NCBI GenBank assembly: GCA_964543385.1
Contig: CAZIYE010000001.1
Span: 551,123-615,122 of the forward strand
DNA: 64,000 nucleotides
Direction of reading: 5' to 3'
Source: an uncultured Candidatus Saccharibacteria bacterium
GTDB taxonomy: Bacteria > Patescibacteriota > UBA1384 > XYA2-FULL-43-10 > 1-14-0-10-43-13
Of the stretch, positions 46,162-55,832 are shown piece by piece. The first letter of the stretch is position 1. Every line of letters begins with the position of its first letter. The position numbers and the translations under genes are program-made. Under the pieces are notes generated by a model. The model was not told the origin of the DNA, made no database searches, and worked only from the letters and a program-made list of their open reading frames with translations.

Positions 46162-48315
46162 ATGGTTAAGAAAATGGAATTCAAAACTCGTTCATACGAG
46201 GTTGATTTTGGTGGGGAAAAAATAATGCTCGAGACGGGCAAATTGGCAGGTCTTGCTAGCGGTTCAATTACTGCTAGATACAAAGATACTGTTGTATTGG
46301 CAACTGTTTGTCTGGCTGCTGAGCCAAAAGAAGGGATGGATTTCTTCCCGCTCATGGTGGAGTTTGAGGAGAGATTTTATGCTGCTGGCAAAATTTCAGG
46401 TAGTCGTTTTATTAAGAGAGAGGGTAGACCATCCGATGCTGCCGTTTTGGCTGGCCGTAAGATTGATCGTCCGATTAGACCCCTTTTTCCAAAAAGCTAC
46501 CGAAATGATGTTCAGATTATTATAACGGCTCTATCGTATGATGGTTCAATAAATATTGATGTTCTCGGCACTTTTGCTGCTTCCGCTGCTTTAATGCAGA
46601 CAAATGCTCCTTTCAAAGGTCCGATTGCCTCAGTCAACGTCGGTATGATTGATGATAAATTTGTTCTTAACATGGATGAAGACCAGCAAGAATTATCTAA
46701 ATTGAACCTAACTTTTGCTGCTACTGCCGAACGCATTATGATGATTGAGACCGAAGCAAATGAAGTTAGTGAAGAGCAAGTTTTTGAGGCAATGCAATTT
46801 GGTCACAAAGCTATCCAACCGCTTATTCAACTTCAGCACAAGATTGCCGAGGATCATTCACGAGAAGTCGCTGCTGAAGCTACTGAGGAAAAAATTGTTG
46901 GTGTTCATGCCGAGGTATATAATCTAGTTGCTGACAAAATCAAGGATGCTATGGTCGCACTTGATAAACAAGAGCGAGAGTCAAAACTTAAATCTTATGA
47001 ACAGGAAGTACTCGACTCTCTCGATGGTGCTTATAAACAAATTGATATCAAAAATGCTTTTACTAAGATTGTTGAAAAAGAAATCAGACGGCTGATTCTT
47101 GAAAAAGGCATACGACCAGATGGTCGAGGTATCGAAGAGATTAGACCTATAGGTGTCGAAGTTGGCATTCTTCCACGACCTCATGGCTCCGCCTTATTTA
47201 CTCGTGGCCAAACCCAGGCTTTAACCGTTGCTACCCTTGCTTCTCCTGGTTTTGAACAATTGATTGATACTATGGAGGGCGAAAGTACCAAGAGATTTAT
47301 GCATCACTATAATTTCCCACCATATTCAACTGGTGAGGTTAGACCTCTTAGAGGCACCGGCCGACGTGAAGTTGGACATGGTTACCTTGCCGAAAAAGCA
47401 TTGAAGCCAATGATTCCTGACTCTGAGTCATTTCCTTATACTATCCGCTTAGTTTCAGAAATTTTGAGCTCAAATGGTTCTAGTTCAATGGCAGCAACTT
47501 GTGGTTCTACTCTTGCGCTTATGGACGCTGGTATCCCTATTAAAAAACCTGTCTCTGGTATTGCTATGGGTCTTGTGACTGACGAAGATATCTCTAAATA
47601 TAAGGTTTTGATGGATCTCCAGGGTCTTGAAGACTTTGCGGGTGATATGGATTTCAAAATAGCCGGTACAAGTGATGGCATTACTGCTATTCAGATGGAC
47701 ACCAAGCTCACTGGATTAACATATGATATTATCAGAGACACATTTGCTATGGCTAAAAAGGGCCGAGCTGATATTCTGGCGGCTATGCTAGAGATAATCC
47801 CAGAGCCAAGAGCAAATCTCTCTAAATATGCTCCTAGAATTGAAGCGATAAAGATTAATCCTGATAAGATTGGTGAATTGATTGGCCCAGGCGGCAAAAA
47901 TATCAAGAAGCTTGTCGAAGAGTGCGGTGGCAAAGAAATTTGTAGCATTGATATCGAAGATGATGGCACAGTTATGATCTCCTCAATTGATCCAGAAATG
48001 GGCGCAAAGGCAATATCAATGGTTAAATCAATGACTCGAGAAGTACAGGTCGGCGAAATACTGACCGGAGAGATTATTGATATTAAGAAAGATCGTATGA
48101 CTGGCAAGGAGATTGGTGCAATCTTCGCTATCTCTCCAAAACAAGATGGCATGATCCATATCTCTCAGATCGCAAATGAGAGAGTTGAAAAAGTATCTGA
48201 CAAGCTAAAAATTGGCCAGACTGTCACAGTAAAAGTTATCGAAGTCGATCCAATGAAGGGCAGAGTTTCTCTCTCTATAAAGGCTTTACTTGACAATAGT
48301 CAGGACCGACAATAA
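46162..48315 (+). CDS. pnp: Polyribonucleotide nucleotidyltransferase (PNPase). Start placed at internal Met with GGAAGGA SD.
   Basis: Two RNase PH domains, a KH domain (GPGGKNIKKLVEECG) and an S1 domain (GEILTGEIIDIKKD...). The ORF-track start at 46111 is probably too early. Confidence 0.95.
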   Translation: MVKKMEFKTRSYEVDFGGEKIMLETGKLAGLASGSITARYKDTVVLATVCLAAEPKEGMDFFPLMVEFEERFYAAGKISGSRFIKREGRPSDAAVLAGRKIDRPIRPLFPKSYRNDVQIIITALSYDGSINIDVLGTFAASAALMQTNAPFKGPIASVNVGMIDDKFVLNMDEDQQELSKLNLTFAATAERIMMIETEANEVSEEQVFEAMQFGHKAIQPLIQLQHKIAEDHSREVAAEATEEKIVGVHAEVYNLVADKIKDAMVALDKQERESKLKSYEQEVLDSLDGAYKQIDIKNAFTKIVEKEIRRLILEKGIRPDGRGIEEIRPIGVEVGILPRPHGSALFTRGQTQALTVATLASPGFEQLIDTMEGESTKRFMHHYNFPPYSTGEVRPLRGTGRREVGHGYLAEKALKPMIPDSESFPYTIRLVSEILSSNGSSSMAATCGSTLALMDAGIPIKKPVSGIAMGLVTDEDISKYKVLMDLQGLEDFAGDMDFKIAGTSDGITAIQMDTKLTGLTYDIIRDTFAMAKKGRADILAAMLEIIPEPRANLSKYAPRIEAIKINPDKIGELIGPGGKNIKKLVEECGGKEICSIDIEDDGTVMISSIDPEMGAKAISMVKSMTREVQVGEILTGEIIDIKKDRMTGKEIGAIFAISPKQDGMIHISQIANERVEKVSDKLKIGQTVTVKVIEVDPMKGRVSLSIKALLDNSQDRQ

Positions 48316-48350
48316 AGGTTTTAGTATAGAATATTTGACCTACCAGAATA

Positions 48351-48384
48351 AAGAATACCTCCCCTAAAAAGGGGAGGTATTCTT
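48351..48384 (+). terminator. Rho-independent terminator after pnp (AAGAATACCTCCCC-taaaaa-GGGGAGGTATTCTT)
   Basis: Perfect 14-bp stem. Confidence 0.75.
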
Positions 48385-48524
48385 GTCTAACAGTTTGTAT
48401 GTTGACTGCTTAACAGTTGACAAATGTTGTGATATCTGGTAATTTTATATCAAATAATAAATTTTGAACTCCAAAAAAATTATTGACCACACTATTTGAT
48501 TTATTTTCTACATTTTTTCTTTGA

Positions 48525-49154
48525 ATGGACGATTTAGATAAAAGAAGAGAGCTAAAAGAGATCCGAGAGGAGGTTGCCCCTTGTCTTAAGTGTTCTCTTT
48601 CAAAAACTAGAAAGAATGCAGTTCCTGGCGAAGGAAATCATTTGGCTAAAATTATGTTTATTGGTGAAGCGCCGGGTGCCACCGAAGATGAAAAGGGAAT
48701 ACCTTTTTGCGGCGCTGCAGGCAAATTTCTTGACGAAATGCTTTCAAGTATCGGTTTGAACCGCGAGAACATTTTTATTACCAATACCGTCAAGTGTCGT
48801 CCTCCGGGAAATCGTGATCCTGAGGATTCTGAAAAGATTGCTTGTAGACCATATCTAGAGCACCAGGTTGCTCTTATCAAGCCGAAATTGATCATTGCCC
48901 TTGGGCGACATGCAGCAGCTTCCCTATTACCAGGCCAGCCGAGCATCTCTAAAATTCATGGCAAGGCACTGCAAAGGCCAAATGGAATAGTTTATTTGCC
49001 TTTATATCATCCAGCTGCTGCGCTGCATAACGGCGGGCTAAGGCAAACACTAATGGATGATTTCTCCAAGATTCCAGTCATCCTCAAAAAAATAGAAGAA
49101 AAAGAGTCAAATAATTATACAGAAGAAGAATTAAAACAAGAAAAATTAATATAA
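48525..49154 (+). CDS. Uracil-DNA glycosylase, family 4 (Fe-S type)
   Basis: Motif A GEAPGATED. GIPFCGAAGKFL. C-terminal HPAAAL motif. Conserved Cys residues. Confidence 0.8.
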   Translation: MDDLDKRRELKEIREEVAPCLKCSLSKTRKNAVPGEGNHLAKIMFIGEAPGATEDEKGIPFCGAAGKFLDEMLSSIGLNRENIFITNTVKCRPPGNRDPEDSEKIACRPYLEHQVALIKPKLIIALGRHAAASLLPGQPSISKIHGKALQRPNGIVYLPLYHPAAALHNGGLRQTLMDDFSKIPVILKKIEEKESNNYTEEELKQEKLI

Positions 49155-49178
49155 AGAAAACAAACTATAAGGAAATTA

Positions 49179-51137
49179 ATGCAAAATGAAATTAAGACCA
49201 CTGCTAGTGGTGAAAAGAAACAAATTGTACCAGAGAGAAATAATGTTCTCGATAAAGTACTAAAGGATGACGGGGTTAGCTCCCGCTATCAAAATAATAA
49301 TAATGGTCAGAAAAGACCGGCTAATGCTAATAGAAATATGGAACCTCGCTATACAGCGCAGGTTGCCCCTAACTCGGCACAGAAGAAAAGTGAAGAGCCA
49401 CGTTTTACTGCTCAACAAGTTGATCCAAATGCTTACAAGTCAAAGTTTTTTTACGAACCAAAACTAAAAATTATTCCACTTGGTGGCGTAGAGGAAACGG
49501 GTGGCAAGAACTGTACTGTTATTGAATATAAAGATGATATTCTAGTTATAGATATGGGCTTTATGTTCCCAGACGAGAGTATGCCAGGTGTTGATTATGT
49601 AATCCCTGATGTTACTTATTTGGAACAAAATAAGAAAAAAATCAGAGGTTTGATCATAACTCATGGTCATTTGGATCATATTGGCGCTATCCCTTATGTC
49701 TATGAGAAAATAGGCTCCCCAACTATCTATTCAGCACCATTAACGCTAGGTTTGATTAAAAGCAAGCTCGAAGAGTTTGGTCTTGATAAAGTAGTCAAAG
49801 TTGCTTCAATTAACTGTGGAGTCGATATTCTTCAGCTTGGTTGTTTCAAAGTTGAGAGTTTTAAGGTAAATCATAGTATCCCTCAAGCAATGGGTTTCGC
49901 TATCACGACCCCAGAGGGCGTTATCGTTAACACTGGCGACTTCAAATTTGATCATACCCCTGCTGATGGTAAATCTGTTGATTTTTCTGCCATCGCTAAA
50001 ATTGGCGACAAAAAGCCGATCCTTTTGATGTCGGATTCGACAAACATAGAAAAACCAGGAGTATCTATATCTGAAAAAGTTTTGGAAGATTCCTTGATGT
50101 CTGTCATGGAAAATGCACAAAACAGACTCATTGTCTCCACATTCTCGACCCTTATTGGTCGTATTCAACAAATTCTAAATGTGTCCAAGAAGATTGATAG
50201 AAAAGTATGTTTTGTTGGTAGAAGTATGGCTACAACTGTGGAGATTGCAATATCTCTGGAAGCCCTTATAATTCCCAAGGACACTATCATCGATGTTAAG
50301 GATTTGAATAAGTATCCTGATAACAGAGTTGTTATCGTCTGTACCGGCTCTCAGGGTGAGGATAATGCTGCTCTGACTCGTATTGCAACTGGCGAGCATC
50401 GTCAAGTAAAGATGAAAAAAGGTGATCTTGTGATCCTTTCATCATCTCCAATTCCAGGTAACGAGCGTGCAGTTTCCGGTCTTATGGACAATCTTTTCCG
50501 TGCTGGTGCGCAGGTTGTCTACCAAAAATTAATGGATGTTCATACCTCTGGTCATGCAAATCAGGAGGACTTGAAGTTAATGCTTGCCTTAATCAAGCCT
50601 AAATATTTTATGCCTGTTCACGGTGAACGTTTCAGGCTTATGTTGCATAGTCAGATTGCTCAAAGCATGGGCGTAGTAGACGAAGAGCATTGTCTTGTCG
50701 CTGATGACGGCCAAACTATTGAATTCAGTAAAGGTAAGGGAGAAGTTACTAATAAACGTGTTCCAGCCTCATATGTCATGGTTGACGGTTTGGGTGTTGG
50801 TGATGTCGGTAATATAGTACTTCGTGATCGTAAGGCAATGGCCCAAGATGGTATCTTTGTGGTTATTGTTACCGTTGATCATTCTACAAATCAGATTGTG
50901 ACTTCGCCTGATATTATTTCTCGCGGATTTATTTATATGAGGGAGAGCGAAGATCTTGTTCACAAAGCTCGTGCTGAGGTCAAGAAAATCTTCCTAAAAT
51001 ATGTTGCTAAAGAAAAAGGTGGAGCGAAGGCTGATTATGGTGTTTCTAAGCAAAAACTTCGTGACGAACTTAGCGAGTTTCTTTTCAAGGAAACCGAGCG
51101 AAGACCAATGGTAATCCCGGTAATAATCGAGGTCTAA
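49179..51137 (+). CDS. rnj: Ribonuclease J (metallo-beta-lactamase / beta-CASP) with low-complexity N-terminal extension
   Basis: ITHGHLDHIGAIPYV (HxHxDH), beta-CASP motif HTSGHANQEDL. 652 aa. Confidence 0.85.
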   Translation: MQNEIKTTASGEKKQIVPERNNVLDKVLKDDGVSSRYQNNNNGQKRPANANRNMEPRYTAQVAPNSAQKKSEEPRFTAQQVDPNAYKSKFFYEPKLKIIPLGGVEETGGKNCTVIEYKDDILVIDMGFMFPDESMPGVDYVIPDVTYLEQNKKKIRGLIITHGHLDHIGAIPYVYEKIGSPTIYSAPLTLGLIKSKLEEFGLDKVVKVASINCGVDILQLGCFKVESFKVNHSIPQAMGFAITTPEGVIVNTGDFKFDHTPADGKSVDFSAIAKIGDKKPILLMSDSTNIEKPGVSISEKVLEDSLMSVMENAQNRLIVSTFSTLIGRIQQILNVSKKIDRKVCFVGRSMATTVEIAISLEALIIPKDTIIDVKDLNKYPDNRVVIVCTGSQGEDNAALTRIATGEHRQVKMKKGDLVILSSSPIPGNERAVSGLMDNLFRAGAQVVYQKLMDVHTSGHANQEDLKLMLALIKPKYFMPVHGERFRLMLHSQIAQSMGVVDEEHCLVADDGQTIEFSKGKGEVTNKRVPASYVMVDGLGVGDVGNIVLRDRKAMAQDGIFVVIVTVDHSTNQIVTSPDIISRGFIYMRESEDLVHKARAEVKKIFLKYVAKEKGGAKADYGVSKQKLRDELSEFLFKETERRPMVIPVIIEV

Positions 51138-51163
51138 TAACTAGAAAGTGAATACGGAATATA

Positions 51164-51198
51164 AAAAAACACCACCTACTAATTAGGTGGTGTTTTTT
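51164..51198 (+). terminator. Rho-independent terminator after rnj (AAAAAACACCACCT-actaatt-AGGTGGTGTTTTTT)
   Basis: Perfect stem plus a T6 tail. Confidence 0.85.
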
Positions 51199-51210
51199 AT
51201 TCTTATTTTG

Positions 51211-51239
51211 TTGCAACTTGCCTTGTATTGGCCTATAAT
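51211..51239 (+). promoter_or_regulatory. ftsK promoter (TTGCAA-17-TATAAT)
   Basis: gTTGCAActtgccttgtattggccTATAATtaa. Downstream, CCTCC-a-GGAGG pairs the SD with an anti-SD. Confidence 0.55.
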
Positions 51240-51301
51240 TAAATCCAAGAAGTGCTCTTTTGCACAATTATTGTTAATGGACTCCTCCAGGAGGGAAAAC
51301 A

Positions 51302-53551
51302 ATGGGAAGAAGAAGAATACATTCTAAAATAAAACCTGAACAGAAGTGGTACCAAAAGGATAATGGATTTGGAAAATATGTTTTTGACTGGTCTCTTGGT
51401 TTATCATCAGAAACCTGGCGTACCATCTTTTCGATCTTCATTATAATTCTCGGCGTGATCATATTCTTGGGCTTTCTTGGTACGGCAGGTTCACTAGGCG
51501 AAGCGATTTCTGAACTTGTCCGGAATACTTTTGGCTCGTTTGGTGCATATGTATTTGATATGATATTCCTATATCTTGGCGTTATCCTTATCTGGCCAAA
51601 AAGAAAATACAGAGTATCAGAATTTCTTGGCCTACTTATACTTATACTAGCGCTTCCTACATTTTTGCACTTATTCATTCCGGAGGAAGTAGCTCTTGAA
51701 GCAGCTGATTATGGCCGAAATGGTGGGAAAATTGGATACCTGATATCTACTCCGCTTAGAGAAGCCATTGGCTTATTTCCAACATTTTTGTTATCCGTAG
51801 CGATGGTTGCAATCTCGCTAGTCATGATTTTTGATTTCTCGTTGTTAGAGTTCCTGGGTATCTCTAAAAAAGAGGTTGAAGATGATGATTCTAAGGTTAA
51901 TATAAATAATCGTAGCGAGGCAAGAGTTTCCGTTTTTGAATCAGTCAAAAAGAAATTTGGCTCTTTCGGAAAACCTAAGACAGTGGAGAATAAGGCTCAA
52001 GTAATAGAGGTCGCTGCAAGTGAAAATCATCAGCCATCAGTACGAAAAGATGTTGCTTGGCAATATCCGCCACTAGATTTATTAAAGGAGTTAGACGAAG
52101 TTGCTAATCCTGGCAATATTTATAAAAATGCGGAGATAATTCAAAAGTGTCTCGAGACATTTGGCATAGAGGTTAGTCTCGGTGATGCCAATGTTGGCCC
52201 GACTGTCACTCAATATACTATCAAACCAAAACAGGGAGTTAAATTGAATCAGATAGTTGCTAGACAAAATGATCTTGCGCTAGCTCTTTCTGCTAAATCA
52301 ATAAGAATTGAAGCTCCTATCCCTGGAAAAGACGCTGTTGGTATCGAAATTCCAAACAAAGTCGGGGCAAAAGTGACCCAAAAAGAGATCTTGCTCGAAC
52401 CACAATTTAAGGCAGTCAAGAGTAAACTTGCGCTTGCGCTCGGTCGCGATGTTGCCGGCGAGCCGGTAGCGATTGATTTGGAAAAAATGCCTCATATGCT
52501 GATTGCCGGCTCAACTGGATCTGGTAAATCTGTCTGCATAAATTCAATCATTGTTTCGCTATTATTCAATAATTCGCCAGCCGATCTTCGGATTCTTTTA
52601 GTTGATCCAAAAAGAGTAGAGCTTACTGGCTACAATGATATACCACATTTGTTGACTCCTGTCGTAATCGAAGTTGACAAGACGGTTTCTGCTTTAAAAT
52701 GGGCTGTTTGGGAAATGGAACGACGTTACAAAATGTTCTCAGAACTTGGTAAAAGAAATATTGTTGCTTACAATCAGGCGCCAGGTCCAGAAGGTAAACT
52801 TCCTTATATAGTAATAATCATCGATGAGTTAGCCGACCTTATGGCAACTTCTTCAAAAGAAGTTGAAGGCTCCATTGTAAGACTCGCCCAGATGGCTAGA
52901 GCAACCGGAATGCATTTAATTATAGCAACGCAACGTCCATCTGTAGATGTCTTGACTGGTCTTATCAAAGCTAATATCGCTTCTCGTATTGCTTTTGCTA
53001 CTGCTTCTCAAGTTGATTCTCGTACGATCTTAGATATGTCTGGTGCTGAGAAGCTACTTGGTTTTGGAGACATGCTTTTCATGGCAGCAGGTATAAAACC
53101 AAAACGTGTTCAGGGCTGTTTTGTCTCTGACCCCGAAATTGAGAAAGTAACCGAATTTTTAAAACATGAAGAAGCTCCTCGTTACGATGAATCAATTCTA
53201 TCTTTTGGCGCCAGTCGAGGTGGAGGTATGGGCGGCGGGAATGGCAGTAGCGAAGATGATCTTTATAATGAAGCCATTGATACAGTTGTCGCTGCCGGAA
53301 AAGCATCTGCTTCTTTACTGCAAAGACGCCTAAAAGTTGGCTATGCCAGGGCTGCTAGACTACTTGATCTAATGGAAGAGAATGGAGCAATAGGTCCTGC
53401 AGATGGGGCTAGGCCTAGAGATGTTTTAGTTTCTGGTGCCGATCTTGGTTCTTATAGCAATAGCGGCGGCGGAAACTATGTTAGCTCATATGATAATACT
53501 GCAGATTATGTTGACGAGAATGAGATAAAAAAAGACAATGGATCTTATTAA
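51302..53551 (+). CDS. ftsK: DNA translocase FtsK/SpoIIIE
   Basis: N-terminal TM helices. Walker A LIAGSTGSGKS. Walker B IVIIIDELADLM. C-terminal winged-helix gamma domain. Confidence 0.9.
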   Translation: MGRRRIHSKIKPEQKWYQKDNGFGKYVFDWSLGLSSETWRTIFSIFIIILGVIIFLGFLGTAGSLGEAISELVRNTFGSFGAYVFDMIFLYLGVILIWPKRKYRVSEFLGLLILILALPTFLHLFIPEEVALEAADYGRNGGKIGYLISTPLREAIGLFPTFLLSVAMVAISLVMIFDFSLLEFLGISKKEVEDDDSKVNINNRSEARVSVFESVKKKFGSFGKPKTVENKAQVIEVAASENHQPSVRKDVAWQYPPLDLLKELDEVANPGNIYKNAEIIQKCLETFGIEVSLGDANVGPTVTQYTIKPKQGVKLNQIVARQNDLALALSAKSIRIEAPIPGKDAVGIEIPNKVGAKVTQKEILLEPQFKAVKSKLALALGRDVAGEPVAIDLEKMPHMLIAGSTGSGKSVCINSIIVSLLFNNSPADLRILLVDPKRVELTGYNDIPHLLTPVVIEVDKTVSALKWAVWEMERRYKMFSELGKRNIVAYNQAPGPEGKLPYIVIIIDELADLMATSSKEVEGSIVRLAQMARATGMHLIIATQRPSVDVLTGLIKANIASRIAFATASQVDSRTILDMSGAEKLLGFGDMLFMAAGIKPKRVQGCFVSDPEIEKVTEFLKHEEAPRYDESILSFGASRGGGMGGGNGSSEDDLYNEAIDTVVAAGKASASLLQRRLKVGYARAARLLDLMEENGAIGPADGARPRDVLVSGADLGSYSNSGGGNYVSSYDNTADYVDENEIKKDNGSY

Positions 53552-54257
53552 TATGATAAGAGGATTTTCAACAAGAAAAATTGAAGGCCAAAAAACGTTA
53601 GGAGAGAGACTCAGGTCTGTCCGACAGTCTTTGAATTTATCTATTCAAGACGCTGAAAATGGTTCTAAAGTAAGGGCTAAATTTCTAGTTGGGTTAGAGA
53701 ACGGAGATTGGAATAACTTACCGACCCCTGTCTACGTTCGAGGTTTTGTTTTGGCATATGCCAAATTTTTAGACATCAGCAGAGAAGAAATAATCCGTCT
53801 ATATGAAGCCGAATTGTCTCTCAAAAAGACGCAGAACCCGAGTGAATTTAGCTATAAAAACAGTATCAAAGATGTAAAAGTTATACTTACACCAAAAGTT
53901 TTGGGTTATTCATTGTTAGCCACTTTTGTTTTAGTTATGTTTGGCTACATCTTTTATCAAGTCATGAATTTTGCAGGTAGCCCCAATCTGCAAGTATCTG
54001 CTCCGGGAAATAATTTAGTTCTCGAAACAGATTCAACGGATATCCGTGGTGTGACTGACAGTGATACTGTTATAAGCGTTAATAATGAGACAATCCCTGT
54101 TACTAATGATGGACGTTTCTCAGCTTCTTTAAAACTTCATCGTGGCGTAAATGTTATTAAGGTCAAGGCTCTAAACAAGGCAAAGAAAGAGACGACCAAT
54201 GTGCTTACGATAGAGTATAAGCCAAAGACCGCACTAATTGATCTGGAAAGAAATTAA
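53538..54257 (+). CDS. rodZ: RodZ-like cytoskeleton protein (XRE-type HTH, TM, C-terminal beta domain)
   Basis: LGERLRSVRQSLNLSIQDAENGSKVRAKFLVGLENGDWNNLPTPVYVRGFVLAYAKFL matches the RodZ N-terminus. Single TM follows. Confidence 0.65.
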   Translation: MDLINMIRGFSTRKIEGQKTLGERLRSVRQSLNLSIQDAENGSKVRAKFLVGLENGDWNNLPTPVYVRGFVLAYAKFLDISREEIIRLYEAELSLKKTQNPSEFSYKNSIKDVKVILTPKVLGYSLLATFVLVMFGYIFYQVMNFAGSPNLQVSAPGNNLVLETDSTDIRGVTDSDTVISVNNETIPVTNDGRFSASLKLHRGVNVIKVKALNKAKKETTNVLTIEYKPKTALIDLERN

Positions 54258-54291
54258 TCAAAAAGTTAGAAATTAATAGTTAGGGTAAATT

Positions 54292-55335
54292 ATGGTCAAG
54301 AAAGAATCTGCTGAAGAAATAAAAATAGATGGTAAAAATGAGGCCCTAAAGGCCGCACTCATGTCGATAGAAAAACAGTTTGGCAAGGGTGCAATTATGA
54401 CCCTTTCTGATAGCAGTTCCATGAAAGTCGATGCTATATCAACAGGCTCATTTTCTCTAGATTTGGCTCTTGGAATAGGTGGTTTGCCAAGGGGGAGAGT
54501 CATCGAGATATTTGGCCCAGAGTCATCTGGCAAAACTACTTTAGCTATTTCAACGGTTGCAGAAGCACAGAAAAATGGCGGCAATTGTGCCTTTATTGAT
54601 GCTGAACATGCTTTTGATCCAGAATATGCCAAAAATTTGGGTGTTGATTTGGACAATTTATTGATATCTCAGCCAGACAATGGCGAACAAGCTCTAGAGA
54701 TCTGTGAGACCCTGGTCCGTTCAAATGCTCTCGATGTCGTAGTAGTTGATTCAGTCGCTGCTCTTGTTCCGCGTGCTGAAATTGAAGGCGAGATGGGCGA
54801 TTCAATGATGGGTGTCCAAGCTAGATTGATGTCACAGGCCCTAAGAAAATTAACCGGAGCAGTCTCTAAATCAAAAACAATATTAATATTCATTAATCAG
54901 ATAAGAATGAAAATTGGTGTTATGTTTGGAAATCCGGAAACTACTACTGGCGGAAATGCTCTGAAATTTTATTCGTCGGTTCGTTTAGATATTCGTCGCA
55001 AAGCTGCATTGAAAAAAGGAGAAGATACTGTTGGCAACAATGTCACAGTTAAGGTTGTTAAAAACAAAGTTGCGCCACCATTTAAGACTGCTGAATTCGA
55101 TATTATGTATGGTACTGGCATAGACTATGCAGGGGAAATTCTTGATTCCGGTGTGAAATATGGAATTGTAGATAGAGCAGGGTCATGGCTTTCATATAAC
55201 GATGAAAAGCTTGGCCAAGGCAAAGAGGGCGCTAGAAGTTTCCTGAAGAAGAACCCCAAAATTATTGAGGAAATAAAGAAAAAGATTCTAGACAAAGTTG
55301 TGTCCGATAAACTTGAGGCGGACAAGCAAGATTAA
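54292..55335 (+). CDS. recA: Recombinase RecA
   Basis: [20 protein letters not shown], Walker [11 protein letters not shown]2 loop region. 347 aa. Confidence 0.97.
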   Translation: MVKKESAEEIKIDGKNEALKAALMSIEKQFGKGAIMTLSDSSSMKVDAISTGSFSLDLALGIGGLPRGRVIEIFGPESSGKTTLAISTVAEAQKNGGNCAFIDAEHAFDPEYAKNLGVDLDNLLISQPDNGEQALEICETLVRSNALDVVVVDSVAALVPRAEIEGEMGDSMMGVQARLMSQALRKLTGAVSKSKTILIFINQIRMKIGVMFGNPETTTGGNALKFYSSVRLDIRRKAALKKGEDTVGNNVTVKVVKNKVAPPFKTAEFDIMYGTGIDYAGEILDSGVKYGIVDRAGSWLSYNDEKLGQGKEGARSFLKKNPKIIEEIKKKILDKVVSDKLEADKQD

Positions 55336-55357
55336 GTTTGTAGACTTATAGATAAAA

Positions 55358-55801
55358 ATGAAAAAATCTCCGCTTCAATATGCATTAGACCTAGTTGCTC
55401 TTAGAGACAGAACCGAGTTCGAGATAAAAAATAAAATGACTGAGAAGCAGTATCTGGGAGAGGAAATCATCAAAACAATAGAATGGTTGAAGGACAAAAA
55501 GTTTATCAACGATGAAAGGTTCGTCGACAATTATGTCAAAGATCAGTGCTCCCTCGGACGAAATGGATTTTACAAAATTAAATTTAAGCTATATTCATTG
55601 GGTATTAGTAAAGAATTAATAGAAAAATATTGCAACGAGATCGATTTGGATAATGAACAAAATAGAGCAAAAGAGCTGGCTGATAAGTGGCTAATCAAAA
55701 ATGAGAGCAAAGATAATAAGTATGATAAACTGGGACGTTTTCTGGTCGGTAGAGGGTTTGAGATAAATATCGTCAGAGAAGTTTTAAAACAGGTCATTTA
55801 A
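55358..55801 (+). CDS. recX: RecA regulator RecX
   Basis: YALDLVALRDRTEFEIKNKM... with a three-repeat helical architecture. Immediately follows recA. Confidence 0.7.
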   Translation: MKKSPLQYALDLVALRDRTEFEIKNKMTEKQYLGEEIIKTIEWLKDKKFINDERFVDNYVKDQCSLGRNGFYKIKFKLYSLGISKELIEKYCNEIDLDNEQNRAKELADKWLIKNESKDNKYDKLGRFLVGRGFEINIVREVLKQVI

Positions 55802-55832
55802 TAATTTTAAATTGAAAATATAAGGAGGGGTA

